Made by a program: the position numbers and the translations under genes. This document shows, piece by piece, positions 21,993 to 30,957 of a stretch of DNA of 64,000 nt. Numbering within the stretch: the first letter of the stretch is position 1; each line of letters begins with the position of its first letter. Source of the DNA: Minisyncoccota bacterium (GTDB lineage: Bacteria > Patescibacteriota > Minisyncoccia > Phycocordibacterales > DATDWN01); the NCBI GenBank assembly GCA_041674105.1, contig JBAYWK010000003.1:11971-75970 (forward strand), written 5' to 3'. The notes under the pieces are model-generated. The model had not been told where the DNA came from. It searched no databases and was given only the letters and a program-made list of their open reading frames with translations.

Positions 21993-22787
21993 ATGCGAAA
22001 TGTCGCACTTTTGCTCGTCCTTTTCTGCCTTGTCCTTTCGGGCAATGCTACACCAATCATGCCTTCGTTTGACGGTGCACCGGTGGGAGGGTGGACAACT
22101 GACCGTTATCAACCCAATACATTTGCCGACATCGGCACATTTCAGGGACGTAACGATGTTCTTCGGATCGGCATTGATGCCGCCCAAGGACTCGGCAACC
22201 GTGGCGGTCAGAACAGTCAATTCTACAACACGCAGGGTATGCAATACCTTGTGTCAGGTGGAGCTGGATCTGTATTGTCGGCTGACCTCTGGATACCAGA
22301 GGAATGGGCCATAGAGTCAAATGGCTCGCGTCGTACGGATATGTGGGGCATCATGCAAGACGGTGCAGCAAATGTATCCGGCTATCCCATTTTGGGATTC
22401 ACCAATTACGGAGGAGTTGGGATGTTCCGAGCATGGAACGACTCTGGCTCTGGAAGTTGGCAAATTTTGTCCGACAATGTCCAGTACGGAGCCTGGAACT
22501 CATTGGCAATTGTCTTTACCGGGACAGACTACGAGTACCATGTGAATGGTACGAATAGCTGGAGCAACACTGTTCCTGCTGGGACTGTTGGTTTTAAAGG
22601 CCTGATCATGCAGGCCTACAACTTCAACGGGGATACTTCAATCCCTAACTCTGTAACAGCGGGTGGTGTCGGAAATTACGACGCTAATTGGGCGAATGCA
22701 TCCCAGGTTCCGGAACCTGGGACTTGGCTTCTGTCCGGACTGGGACTTCTTGGTCTCGGTCTCTGGCGTCGTCGCCAGATCTCATAA
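21993..22787 (+). CDS. Secreted PEP-CTERM sorting-signal protein (GC-rich, about 55% GC)
   Basis: Signal peptide MRNVALLLVLFCLVLSGNA. C-terminal VPEPGTWLLSGLGLLGLGLWRRRQ (PEP motif + TM + basic tail). Start could also be GTG at 21987. Confidence 0.7.
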   Translation: MRNVALLLVLFCLVLSGNATPIMPSFDGAPVGGWTTDRYQPNTFADIGTFQGRNDVLRIGIDAAQGLGNRGGQNSQFYNTQGMQYLVSGGAGSVLSADLWIPEEWAIESNGSRRTDMWGIMQDGAANVSGYPILGFTNYGGVGMFRAWNDSGSGSWQILSDNVQYGAWNSLAIVFTGTDYEYHVNGTNSWSNTVPAGTVGFKGLIMQAYNFNGDTSIPNSVTAGGVGNYDANWANASQVPEPGTWLLSGLGLLGLGLWRRRQIS

Positions 22788-22919
22788 GGGAGAGTACCTT
22801 TCAACCAAAAGCCGTGGGTTTACACCTACGGCTTTTTTATTATTCCAAAAAAGTTTTTTAGATTCTTATACAAATTAAGAACTAAAACAATTAAGAGTTA
22901 ATATTTAATAACCACTACA

Positions 22920-23051
22920 ACAACACATTTCTGGAGCCTCCGCAGGCCTTGAGCATGGTTTCGTCAAGACACCCCGTTCTTGACGAATCAAGGCCGAGGA
23001 CAGCCAAACAAACTCGCTGGAGTTTGTGAGGGTGCGACAGAAGTGTGTTGT
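22920..23051 (+). repeat. 132-nt structured repeat element, copy 2
   Basis: Same length and orientation as 14573..14704. Terminal stem ACAACACA/TGTGTTGT (compensatory change vs copy 1). Differences cluster in loops. Confidence 0.6.
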
Positions 23052-23057
23052 AGTGGT

Positions 23058-23222
23058 CTAGCTGGTCAAACTAAAAAATACTCCCAAGTAGTATGGCCAC
23101 AAAACTATAGCCAAAACACCTTGCCAAAAAGCAAGTTTAAGGTATCCCAGTGTGAATAGCCACCCGACTATCCAAAGACCACCAAGACAACCGCTATCAT
23201 TTTTTATTTTTATTTTTTCCAT
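23058..23222 (-). CDS. Possible 54-aa small membrane protein (not in the supplied ORF track)
   Basis: ATG...TAG on the minus strand: MEKIKIKNDSGCLGGLWIVGWLFTLGYLKLAFWQGVLAIVLWPYYLGVFFSLTS. No clear SD. Confidence 0.25.
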   Translation of the reverse strand: MEKIKIKNDSGCLGGLWIVGWLFTLGYLKLAFWQGVLAIVLWPYYLGVFFSLTS

Positions 23223-23276
23223 GACTTTATTATAAAATTTTTTAATAAAAAAAGTCCAATCGCATAGGAAAGGACT

Positions 23277-23480
23277 TTATTCTTTATTGAAACCTCCACA
23301 TTTCAATATCGCTTCTTTGACTGTTATGATAGATTCCACTACATTGATTTGCCATTCTATAAAAGAGTTTCCAAACCTACCCAAATGGTTTCCTTTATGT
23401 CCTCTTGGTAATATACAAGAGGTTTTTTCATCTTCAAATGGGTAAAATATAAAACGCATTTTACATTCACGCATTTTCAA
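23277..23480 (-). CDS. Hypothetical protein (67 aa)
   Basis: ORF only. Bidirectional hairpin AAAGTCC...GGACTTT downstream. Confidence 0.3.
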   Translation of the reverse strand: MKMRECKMRFIFYPFEDEKTSCILPRGHKGNHLGRFGNSFIEWQINVVESIITVKEAILKCGGFNKE

Positions 23481-23567
23481 AACCTCCTCTACAAATAATT
23501 ATATAGTATTCTGCCACTTTGCATATAATTTGTTTTGTTATAGGATTGAAATGGGGAGGAGAGAAGT

Positions 23568-24068
23568 ATGTCTGAATTTCAAGAAATGTTGAAAGTTGAT
23601 TCTGAAGACACCCTTAGATTCTTTTTTAGTTCTTTACTCCAGGTGTTAGTAAATAATAAGAAACCATATAAAGAATCTCAGCTTCTTTATGTCTCAAGTG
23701 TCTTGGCTCATTACGCCCAAGTGACAAGAGGTGGTGATGAGTCAAAACCAGTTTTGGCTGGTCTTACGGACATTTTTGACCTCTTTATTATAAACAGAGA
23801 AGTGCCGACTGATGCTGATATTTTAGAGTGGGGGGGATCCCAGATAATATTATTTGCTGGGTTTTTCCGAGATCAAATGAGAAGAAGACACAATCCTGCT
23901 TTTTATGACAGGATAGGACAAGCTCTATACCTCAGGGCTAGTCGAGAAAAAAGTTATAAACAAAGAGGCTTTTTTGAAGAGCTATCTTCGAATGTTCCTT
24001 TTTGGACAAGTAGTTGTTGTCGTCTAAGCAGGTATCTTAGGCACCAAAGATATTTATTAAATAATTGA
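23568..24068 (+). CDS. Hypothetical protein (166 aa)
   Basis: RBS GGGGAGGAG upstream of the ATG. No recognisable motifs. Confidence 0.45.
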   Translation: MSEFQEMLKVDSEDTLRFFFSSLLQVLVNNKKPYKESQLLYVSSVLAHYAQVTRGGDESKPVLAGLTDIFDLFIINREVPTDADILEWGGSQIILFAGFFRDQMRRRHNPAFYDRIGQALYLRASREKSYKQRGFFEELSSNVPFWTSSCCRLSRYLRHQRYLLNN

Positions 24069-24073
24069 TGAAT

Positions 24074-24100
24074 AAAAAAACTGCGGACATATGTCCGCAG
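24074..24100 (-). terminator. Palindromic terminator CTGCGGACATATGTCCGCAG between convergent genes
   Basis: 20-bp perfect palindrome. T-run on the minus strand (A-run 24074-24080 on plus). Confidence 0.65.
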
Positions 24101-24110
24101 TTCCTCTATA

Positions 24111-25289
24111 TTACTCTACAAATGTTAGAGCTTTTCCAGTTTTACCTGCACGGCCAGTACGGCCTATTCGGTGAATGTAATCTTCATAAGTAGATGGTAG
24201 TTCATAGTTTATAACATGACTCACATTTGGGATATCTAGTCCTCTGGCAGCCACATCTGTAGCAACTAAAATTTGACTTCGGTTATCTTTAAATTGACTA
24301 AGAGCCCTTTGTCTTTGACTATGGTTTTTGTCTCCATGTATAGATTCAGCTTTGAAACCACGGTCTGAGAGCATAACAGATAGTTTTTCTACTCCGTGTT
24401 TTGTTCTACCAAAGATCAAGACCTTATTAAATTCTGGTTTGATCAAAAGATTGTGAAGTATTTCTAATTTTGGACCATTTTTAACATAGATGACATCTTG
24501 GTCTACACTGTGAGCTGTGTCTCTGGTTTTGACAGATATGCTGACAGGATCATTTAAGAATTCATTTATTATTTTCTTTATTTCAGGCGATAGGGTGGCT
24601 GAGAAAAACAAAGTGTGTCTTTCTTTCGGCATTCCTTTCATTAGAAATCTCATATCATTTATAAATCCCATATCAAGCATTCTGTCTGCTTCATCTAAAA
24701 CTATTGTTTGAAATTGATTTAGATCTATCGATTTTCTTTCTACCAAGTCTTTTATTCTTCCTGGTGTACCAATAACAAAGTGGAAACCTCTACGGAGTTC
24801 ATTTATTTGTTTGTATATAGGCATTCCTCCGACGACACAAACAGAAAAGATAGATAGTCCGTAGGCAAATTTTGTCAGCTCTTGGTTTATTTGTATAGCC
24901 AGTTCTCTTGTTGGAGCCATGATCAAAACTTTTTGACTTTTATCTTCAAAAATTTTGTTCAAAAGTGGTATGACAAAAGCTGCTGTCTTTCCAGTTCCTG
25001 TGTTGGCTATTCCAACAATATCTTTACCTTTTAGTATGTGTGGTATAGATTCATCTTGTATTGGGGTAGGTTGGTTATAACCGTATCTCAAAACATTTTT
25101 TTTCAATCTGTCATTTATAACAAAATCTGCAAACGAGTTTGTTGGTATATACGGTTTTTCTTCTACGACAATATCAGCTTTTTTTATAAACTTTGATATA
25201 TCACTGAAGTATTTTTTATTTGGGCTAGTTTTTCTAAACACCCTATGACTGCCGAAGCTTTGTGCTCGGCCATTTCTTTTTTTAAACAT
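24111..25289 (-). CDS. DEAD-box ATP-dependent RNA helicase
   Basis: Q motif, AxTGTGKT, DEAD, SAT, HRIGRTGRAG. Confidence 0.9.
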   Translation of the reverse strand: MFKKRNGRAQSFGSHRVFRKTSPNKKYFSDISKFIKKADIVVEEKPYIPTNSFADFVINDRLKKNVLRYGYNQPTPIQDESIPHILKGKDIVGIANTGTGKTAAFVIPLLNKIFEDKSQKVLIMAPTRELAIQINQELTKFAYGLSIFSVCVVGGMPIYKQINELRRGFHFVIGTPGRIKDLVERKSIDLNQFQTIVLDEADRMLDMGFINDMRFLMKGMPKERHTLFFSATLSPEIKKIINEFLNDPVSISVKTRDTAHSVDQDVIYVKNGPKLEILHNLLIKPEFNKVLIFGRTKHGVEKLSVMLSDRGFKAESIHGDKNHSQRQRALSQFKDNRSQILVATDVAARGLDIPNVSHVINYELPSTYEDYIHRIGRTGRAGKTGKALTFVE

Positions 25290-25514
25290 ATTATTCTTCT
25301 AGTCTTTAGATTAAACGTAAGACGACTAGGTCTCTCGTAAATTCCAAGAAGAATATATTGATTTGAGAGATATTAACTTACCCTGTAAGTATAGTATATT
25401 AGGCAATGCTTGTCAAGCTTTTTTATAAGAATTATTTAAAATAGAAAAGGACTCCGCAAAAAAAGCTAAAAGTCCTCTGATTTTTTTGAGCATCTTCCGA
25501 AAAAAGTTTTCCTC

Positions 25515-25847
25515 TCATTCTTCTTTTTTGAAAGATACTTGAACGTTATTTTTTATGAGCTCATGTGCGATTTGAACCTCAGTTCCATTCAGATTGCTTG
25601 TATAGATATAAACGATTTGAATAGAACTGTTGTCTCTGACAGAAAGTATAAAGGATCCTTTCCCTCCCTCAGATATTTTTACTTTTCTATTACCGTTTGC
25701 GGATTTCAAACCTGCCTTGATCAAACCAGGGCTAATTTTATTAACCCCCTTTATTTTTACCAAAAGGTCGCAGACTTGGGCAGCAAATGGGGTTAAGGTC
25801 GTGTGGTTGCCCGTATATTTTCCACCCGACCTTGAATATTTTGACAT
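25515..25847 (-). CDS. Hypothetical protein (110 aa)
   Basis: ORF with a downstream minus-strand terminator (AGGACT...AGTCCT + T-run at about 25450-25495). Confidence 0.4.
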   Translation of the reverse strand: MSKYSRSGGKYTGNHTTLTPFAAQVCDLLVKIKGVNKISPGLIKAGLKSANGNRKVKISEGGKGSFILSVRDNSSIQIVYIYTSNLNGTEVQIAHELIKNNVQVSFKKEE

Positions 25848-25966
25848 AAATTTTTTCCTCCTTCTGTATTATAACAAATTATTTTATTTTTGTAAATAGG
25901 TGTTATTTGATAAAGAGTGAGTATTAGAAGAGTTAGAATGATTTAATAAAACTATTTTGATATAAT

Positions 25967-26419
25967 TTGTGTATGAATAAAAATATAATTATAGGTGTAG
26001 CAGCACTCGGAGGTATTTTATTAGTTGGAGCTTTATTTTCCAAAACTTCTCAAGATTCCAAAGAAAATATTAAAATTGAAAAGGGAAGTGATGTGGTGAC
26101 TTTATCGGAAAAGATTCCAGCTCAAATACCGATATATCCTTATACAAAAGTGAGAAATTCTACTGAATCTAGCCAAAATGGAAAAGACTATTTTTCTTTT
26201 AGTATTTCAGCAAAGGCTACAATAGCAGAAGTAAATGATTGGTATCGTGAGGCACTTGGTCAAAATGGATGGAGGATTACAGGTGATGAAAATATCGCTG
26301 GTTACCAGATTATTAAAGGAGAGAATCAAAATCTTTATACATCAATGCAAGTAGCAAATGGCGATGAATCTGGAACTGTAATAATAAGCCAACAGGTTCA
26401 GATAAGACCAACCAATTAG
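25967..26419 (+). CDS. Hypothetical membrane-anchored/secreted protein (150 aa)
   Basis: N-terminal TM/signal-anchor IIIGVAALGGILLVGALF. Confidence 0.45.
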   Translation: MCMNKNIIIGVAALGGILLVGALFSKTSQDSKENIKIEKGSDVVTLSEKIPAQIPIYPYTKVRNSTESSQNGKDYFSFSISAKATIAEVNDWYREALGQNGWRITGDENIAGYQIIKGENQNLYTSMQVANGDESGTVIISQQVQIRPTN

Positions 26420-26446
26420 GTTGGTTATACTTATATAAATAGTTTT

Positions 26447-26477
26447 GTCCGCTCCCTGCGACCAGGGATCTCGAATC
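26447..26477 (-). repeat. Degenerate copy of the tRNA-Asn 3' end (T-arm plus acceptor 3' strand)
   Basis: Minus strand reads GATTCGAGATCCCTGGTCGCAGGGAGCGG, vs tRNA GGTTCGAGCCCTGGTCGCGGAGC. Same orientation, about 145 bp beyond the tRNA 3' end. Confidence 0.4.
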
Positions 26478-26588
26478 TTACAGATTCTGTACACCTGTTC
26501 TGTTTTTTGTTTCGTAAACTTACAAAAAACTATCACAAGTTTTCGAGCCCTGACGAAATCAGATAACATCTGATTTCTTTCGCGAAGC

Positions 26589-26610
26589 AAAACAAAAACC
26601 CCATAAGGGG
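26589..26610 (-). terminator. Terminator downstream of tRNA-Asn
   Basis: Minus strand: CCCC-TTAT-GGGG followed by TTTTTGTT. Confidence 0.6.
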
Positions 26611-26621
26611 TTTGTTGTTTG

Positions 26622-26694
26622 CTCCGCGACCAGGGCTCGAACCTGGGACCCTCCCGTTAACAGCGGGGCGCTCTACCGGCTGAGCTATCGCGGA
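26622..26694 (-). tRNA. tRNA-Asn (anticodon GTT)
   Basis: Cloverleaf: acceptor TCCGCGA/TCGCGGA, D-arm GCTC/GAGC, anticodon loop CTGTTAA, T-arm CCAGG-TTCGAGC-CCTGG. CCA not encoded. Confidence 0.85.
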
Positions 26695-26844
26695 ATGTTA
26701 TAGAATTTATCTGATTATTATTATCTATCTAATAACCAGAATGAATTTTACAACTTATCAGCTTAACCAAAGGCCTGTCCAAAACAAATATTATCAGAAT
26801 TATAACATAATGCAACCTTAAAAAATGTGGTCTATAATTAGTAT

Positions 26845-27057
26845 ATGTACATAAAAGTGAAAGTCACTGCAGATTCTAAAAAAGAGGAAGTTGTTCAAAA
26901 AAATGATGACACGTGGTTAGTTTCTGTGAAGGAGCCTGCTTCTGAAAATAGAGCTAACAATAGAGTTAGAGAAATCTTAAAATTTTATTTTCAGACCAAT
27001 AATATAAGACTCATAAACGGACATAAATCCCCAAATAAACTCTTTTTAATAAATTGA
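26845..27057 (+). CDS. DUF167 (YggU-like) small protein
   Basis: 70 aa with the VKV...ANNRVREIL...G pattern typical of the UPF0235/DUF167 family. Confidence 0.6.
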   Translation: MYIKVKVTADSKKEEVVQKNDDTWLVSVKEPASENRANNRVREILKFYFQTNNIRLINGHKSPNKLFLIN

Positions 27058-27119
27058 TTAAGTCTACTTCGGTGGTATAATTAGTTTGTAGACATTTAGT
27101 AATTTAAATACTAAAAAAT

Positions 27120-27494
27120 ATGAATATAAAAATTACTTCAACAAACTTTGATTTAACTCCAGCAATAGAAGAATACATAACAAAAAAAATGTTAATGATA
27201 GATAAATTTTTTAAAGAAAATGAAGAGGTTTTGTGTGAAGTAGAAATAGGTAAGACCACAAATAGACACAAGTCAGGAGATATTTTCAAAGCCGAAGTCA
27301 ATATGTCATGTGAAGGTAGTCAATTTTACTGCGTTGTAGAGAAAGATGATCTGTATGCATCCATTGATGAAGTCAAAGATGGGGTAGAAAGGTCTGTCGT
27401 TTCAGATAAGACTAAAAAAATAACACTATTTAGAAAAGGTTCAGGTAAAATAAAAGCATTATTAAAAAGATTATATAATAGAAAAAATGATTAA
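27120..27494 (+). CDS. hpf: Ribosome hibernation promoting factor (HPF/RaiA)
   Basis: MNIKITSTNFDLTPAIEEYITKK N-terminus, typical of the sigma-54 modulation protein / S30EA family. 124 aa. Confidence 0.8.
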   Translation: MNIKITSTNFDLTPAIEEYITKKMLMIDKFFKENEEVLCEVEIGKTTNRHKSGDIFKAEVNMSCEGSQFYCVVEKDDLYASIDEVKDGVERSVVSDKTKKITLFRKGSGKIKALLKRLYNRKND

Positions 27495-27644
27495 AACAGG
27501 AAAATTTAATGATAGAGCTGGTCATGCATTGTCTGCTTTTGTAATACTGTGTATATGTATTACTGTCGGATTACTTTATATTTTACAAAAAGCAGAGCAA
27601 ACAGCTTCAAATATGTATCCTGTCGCGTATTACGGTGGCAATAT

Positions 27645-28511
27645 CTAGTGTAACCCTCTCTCAAATTCTTTAAAATTCATCTCTCTTTTTCCTTCCGGCA
27701 CCACTCTATCTAAGATGAGTTTACCTTCTTCTATATGAGCGGTTTTTATGACTAGTCTTATAGTTTTTTCTTTATGTTTAAAAAAAGTAAAAGCACCTGG
27801 CCAAAGGTGATAAGCTCTTATTTTCCTCAGATTTAGATCTGGGTCTCCATCAAGACTTATCTCTCCATCTTGTTTCTGTATTTTTCTACAAAAAGTAGCT
27901 TCTTCATCTTGTTGAGGAGTTTCTTTTATTTCATCACTAATCCACTTGGGTAAGATCTCAGATAGCATCTGACCACCTTTTTCAGCTAGGATATTTTCTA
28001 AATCCATTGCGTATGGTGGCCAATTTTCTATTTTTATTTTTTGTTGAGAGACTATTGGACCATGATCCATTTCTTTATCTAATTTAATTATAGTTACTCC
28101 AGTTTCATTTTCCTCCAAGATAGAGCTTTGGATAGGAGAAGCTCCTCTTAATTTTGGTAGTAAAGAAGGGTGAACATTTAAGGTTTTATGTTTTGGTATG
28201 TTTAAAATATCTTCGGGAATTATCTTTCCGTAAGAGGCCACAATAAAAACATCTGGATTTTTTATTGTTTCTCCAATCATTTTTTCAACTGAACTGTCTT
28301 TTAGAGTTTTTGGCTGTATAAAAGGGATATTTTCTTTCAAGGTCCAGTCTTTTACTTCTGGAGGAGTCAGTATTAATTTTCTACCTTTAGGTTTATCTTC
28401 TGTCGTAATTATTAAGCTAGGTAAAAAACCATTTTTTTTTAACTCATCTAAAACAATTACTGAAAATCTAGATGTCCCAAAAAAAGCAAAATTTATATTA
28501 TTTTTTTCCAT
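27645..28511 (-). CDS. fmt: Methionyl-tRNA formyltransferase
   Basis: N-terminal formyltransferase domain (NVHPSLLPKLRGASPIQ) plus a C-terminal domain. Overlaps def in the conserved def-fmt order. Confidence 0.85.
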   Translation of the reverse strand: MEKNNINFAFFGTSRFSVIVLDELKKNGFLPSLIITTEDKPKGRKLILTPPEVKDWTLKENIPFIQPKTLKDSSVEKMIGETIKNPDVFIVASYGKIIPEDILNIPKHKTLNVHPSLLPKLRGASPIQSSILEENETGVTIIKLDKEMDHGPIVSQQKIKIENWPPYAMDLENILAEKGGQMLSEILPKWISDEIKETPQQDEEATFCRKIQKQDGEISLDGDPDLNLRKIRAYHLWPGAFTFFKHKEKTIRLVIKTAHIEEGKLILDRVVPEGKREMNFKEFERGLH

Positions 28512-29028
28512 TTGATACTTCAGGAGTTATTTCTTCTAAATTTTTGGCTTTATCTATAAAAAGGGTTCCTATTAGGTGATCCGTCTCATGTTGGAAAGCT
28601 TGTGCTAAAAGTCCAGATCCTCCCCTTACAAATTTAACTCCGTTTTCATCGTAAGCTTCTACAGATGCCTTAACAAATCTTTTCACTTTTCCATAAAGAT
28701 ATCTGACAGAAAGACATCCTTCTTCCATCATTTTCTTTTCTTTTGAAACTTTAATTATTTTGGGATTTATATAGACAGTATCTTCTAGTGTTCTCTCTGG
28801 GTCTGTCTTTTTATTTGAAAATTGTGATATTTTTCCAGATATAACAAAAATCTTTAGGGAATATCCTATCTGAGGTGCGGCTATAGCTACGCCATCATCT
28901 TGGGACGCTAAAGCTTCTTTCATCTCTCTTATTATTTTCTGTATTTTAGATGTTTTTATTTTCTCAACCGGTACTTCTTTTGCTATTTCTCGGAGTACGG
29001 GAGCCTCTTTTTGTAGGATAACTTTCAT
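28498..29028 (-). CDS. def: Peptide deformylase
   Basis: GVAIAAPQIG, EGCLS, QHETDHLIG (HExxH) motifs. Confidence 0.9.
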   Translation of the reverse strand: MKVILQKEAPVLREIAKEVPVEKIKTSKIQKIIREMKEALASQDDGVAIAAPQIGYSLKIFVISGKISQFSNKKTDPERTLEDTVYINPKIIKVSKEKKMMEEGCLSVRYLYGKVKRFVKASVEAYDENGVKFVRGGSGLLAQAFQHETDHLIGTLFIDKAKNLEEITPEVSNGKK

Positions 29029-29044
29029 AGTTGTTTCTAGGATA

Positions 29045-30949
29045 TCATAAAAGAGTATCAGGGTCTATTTTGACCATTACATATGGAGGTAGACTTTTTA
29101 GTTTGATCAAAAGATTGTTATCAACCCAAGAACCTTTCGGTAAAGATATTAGTCCATGTATTGTATACTTTTTCAGAGTTCCAGGGTTGAATGCATCAAA
29201 AGATGATACTTCATATGGTTTTAACTGTTCAATTATTTCTGTCATATGTTTTTTGATAGTATTCTTTTCACCTTCTAGTGTTATTTTTATGTATGTAGCA
29301 AATGGGGGATAGTTTGTAATCCTTCTCTCTTCTTTTTCGTCTCTATAAAAATCAATCAAGTTTCCTTTTAGTGCATAATCAAATATCTTTGTATTTTTCT
29401 GTCTTGTCTGGACTAGCATATTTTTATCTGATAGAGATCTCATCGTCAGTAGTATGTGAAATATTTTTTCACTGATTCTAAAGTCAGGTATTGAAAAGAA
29501 AGAGTCCATAGAAATAACGGCTGAGTTTTGGATTTTTTGATGGAGATACATTAAAGCCATTTCTGTACCAATCAAAATACTTCCAGGGTCATTATAAAAC
29601 TGATCTCTTATTTTTACAGCTTGTTTGTGTGTAGTGACATGGTCTTTGTCCAATATATATATTGGACTATCTGGAAAAAGATCCGAAACTACTTCTGCTA
29701 TTTTATCTACACCTATACCTAAGGGATTTAGCCTCCATCCGCCACAATGAATACAGAGCTCGTTAGCATCTCTTCTTTCTCCACAATGATGGCAAACAAA
29801 TAGGTTTTTATTTTCACCTTTTAAATTTTTTTTAGCGTACAAAACCACTGGGGCATTACAGTTTTTACAGGTCACTGTCGTTCCGCAGTCACTACAGACA
29901 GTAGAAGGGTATAGACCTTTTCTTCCACAAAACAGAAAAGTTAGTTCGGAATTTTCTCGCGCTTTATATAGCATCTTTTTCAATTCATCACTTAATAAAG
30001 GAAACTCTTTGCTTTTTTGATCTTGAGGTACACGCATATCAACTAGTTTACACTCAGCACTAGTCAGAGCTCTGTATTTTAGAGGGGATAGCTCATTATA
30101 CATACCGGTCTGCTCTTCTGATAGAGTTTCTATTCTGAGTAAGATGTCTCCCAAAATCAGTCTTTTATTTGATTTTTTGGCAATTATTTCTACAACATTT
30201 CGCATATCTAGAAATGGTCTAGATTGCATTTTGTAGGCCCTAGAAGTCTCTTTTTCAAAAATAATAGTTTGAATATTGTCTTTTGGTATAGATAAAAATG
30301 ATGCTGTGCTAATTATTAAAACGGGGTGTTTTTCTTTTATTATTTTATTCCATGTCTCTATGATTTCTTTTTTTGATAAGTAACTATGGAGAATATAAGT
30401 GTAGGTTTCTATACCTTTTTCTAGAGATTTCTGTGCGTATTTCAGGTCTTCTATTGTTGGAACACAAAAAAATAAACTATTATTTCTGGCAAATTCTTCT
30501 CTTATAAGACTTTTATACACCGTATATCTTTCTTCTGTGTCGGCTTGCAGGAGTGATGTCTCATAGAAAGAATTTTTATTTTCTTTATGTTCTTTTATTT
30601 CTTCTATACTTTTATTTTCTTCTAATATTATTTTTGGAACTAATGCATTTAAAACTGAACCTATACTACAAGCATTGTAATCTGCTATATGTTCAACACT
30701 TTTTATAAAATTGGATGAAAGTATTTTCTTGTTATAATTGCTTTCTATTTTTTTTATATTATAGGAAAGAGATTTGATTTCAGATTTTGCCACCAAAGCA
30801 CTTTTGGTGCCAACAACTAATCCATATATATTTTTTTTACGGACAGATATTTTTACTAGAGAACCCTCAAAGATTTTATCACGAGAAAAATAGGTAAGCG
30901 TATCTTTACCGATTCCACGAGATATAGGAATTACTGTAACTATATGCAT
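29045..30949 (-). CDS. priA: Primosomal protein N' (PriA helicase)
   Basis: PriA-type N-terminus, Cys-rich zinc-binding insertion (CSDCGTTVTCKNC...CHHCG...CIHCGG), helicase C-terminal domain. priA-def-fmt synteny. Confidence 0.75.
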   Translation of the reverse strand: MHIVTVIPISRGIGKDTLTYFSRDKIFEGSLVKISVRKKNIYGLVVGTKSALVAKSEIKSLSYNIKKIESNYNKKILSSNFIKSVEHIADYNACSIGSVLNALVPKIILEENKSIEEIKEHKENKNSFYETSLLQADTEERYTVYKSLIREEFARNNSLFFCVPTIEDLKYAQKSLEKGIETYTYILHSYLSKKEIIETWNKIIKEKHPVLIISTASFLSIPKDNIQTIIFEKETSRAYKMQSRPFLDMRNVVEIIAKKSNKRLILGDILLRIETLSEEQTGMYNELSPLKYRALTSAECKLVDMRVPQDQKSKEFPLLSDELKKMLYKARENSELTFLFCGRKGLYPSTVCSDCGTTVTCKNCNAPVVLYAKKNLKGENKNLFVCHHCGERRDANELCIHCGGWRLNPLGIGVDKIAEVVSDLFPDSPIYILDKDHVTTHKQAVKIRDQFYNDPGSILIGTEMALMYLHQKIQNSAVISMDSFFSIPDFRISEKIFHILLTMRSLSDKNMLVQTRQKNTKIFDYALKGNLIDFYRDEKEERRITNYPPFATYIKITLEGEKNTIKKHMTEIIEQLKPYEVSSFDAFNPGTLKKYTIHGLISLPKGSWVDNNLLIKLKSLPPYVMVKIDPDTLL

Positions 30950-30957
30950 AGAGCATA

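Noticed and set aside
21916-22558. ORFs 21916-22314 (+), 21972-22244 (-), 22057-22320 (-), 22304-22558 (+), 22321-22545 (+)
   Set aside because: Alternative frames of the GC-rich PEP-CTERM gene. Only the frame with a signal peptide and PEP-CTERM tag is coherent.
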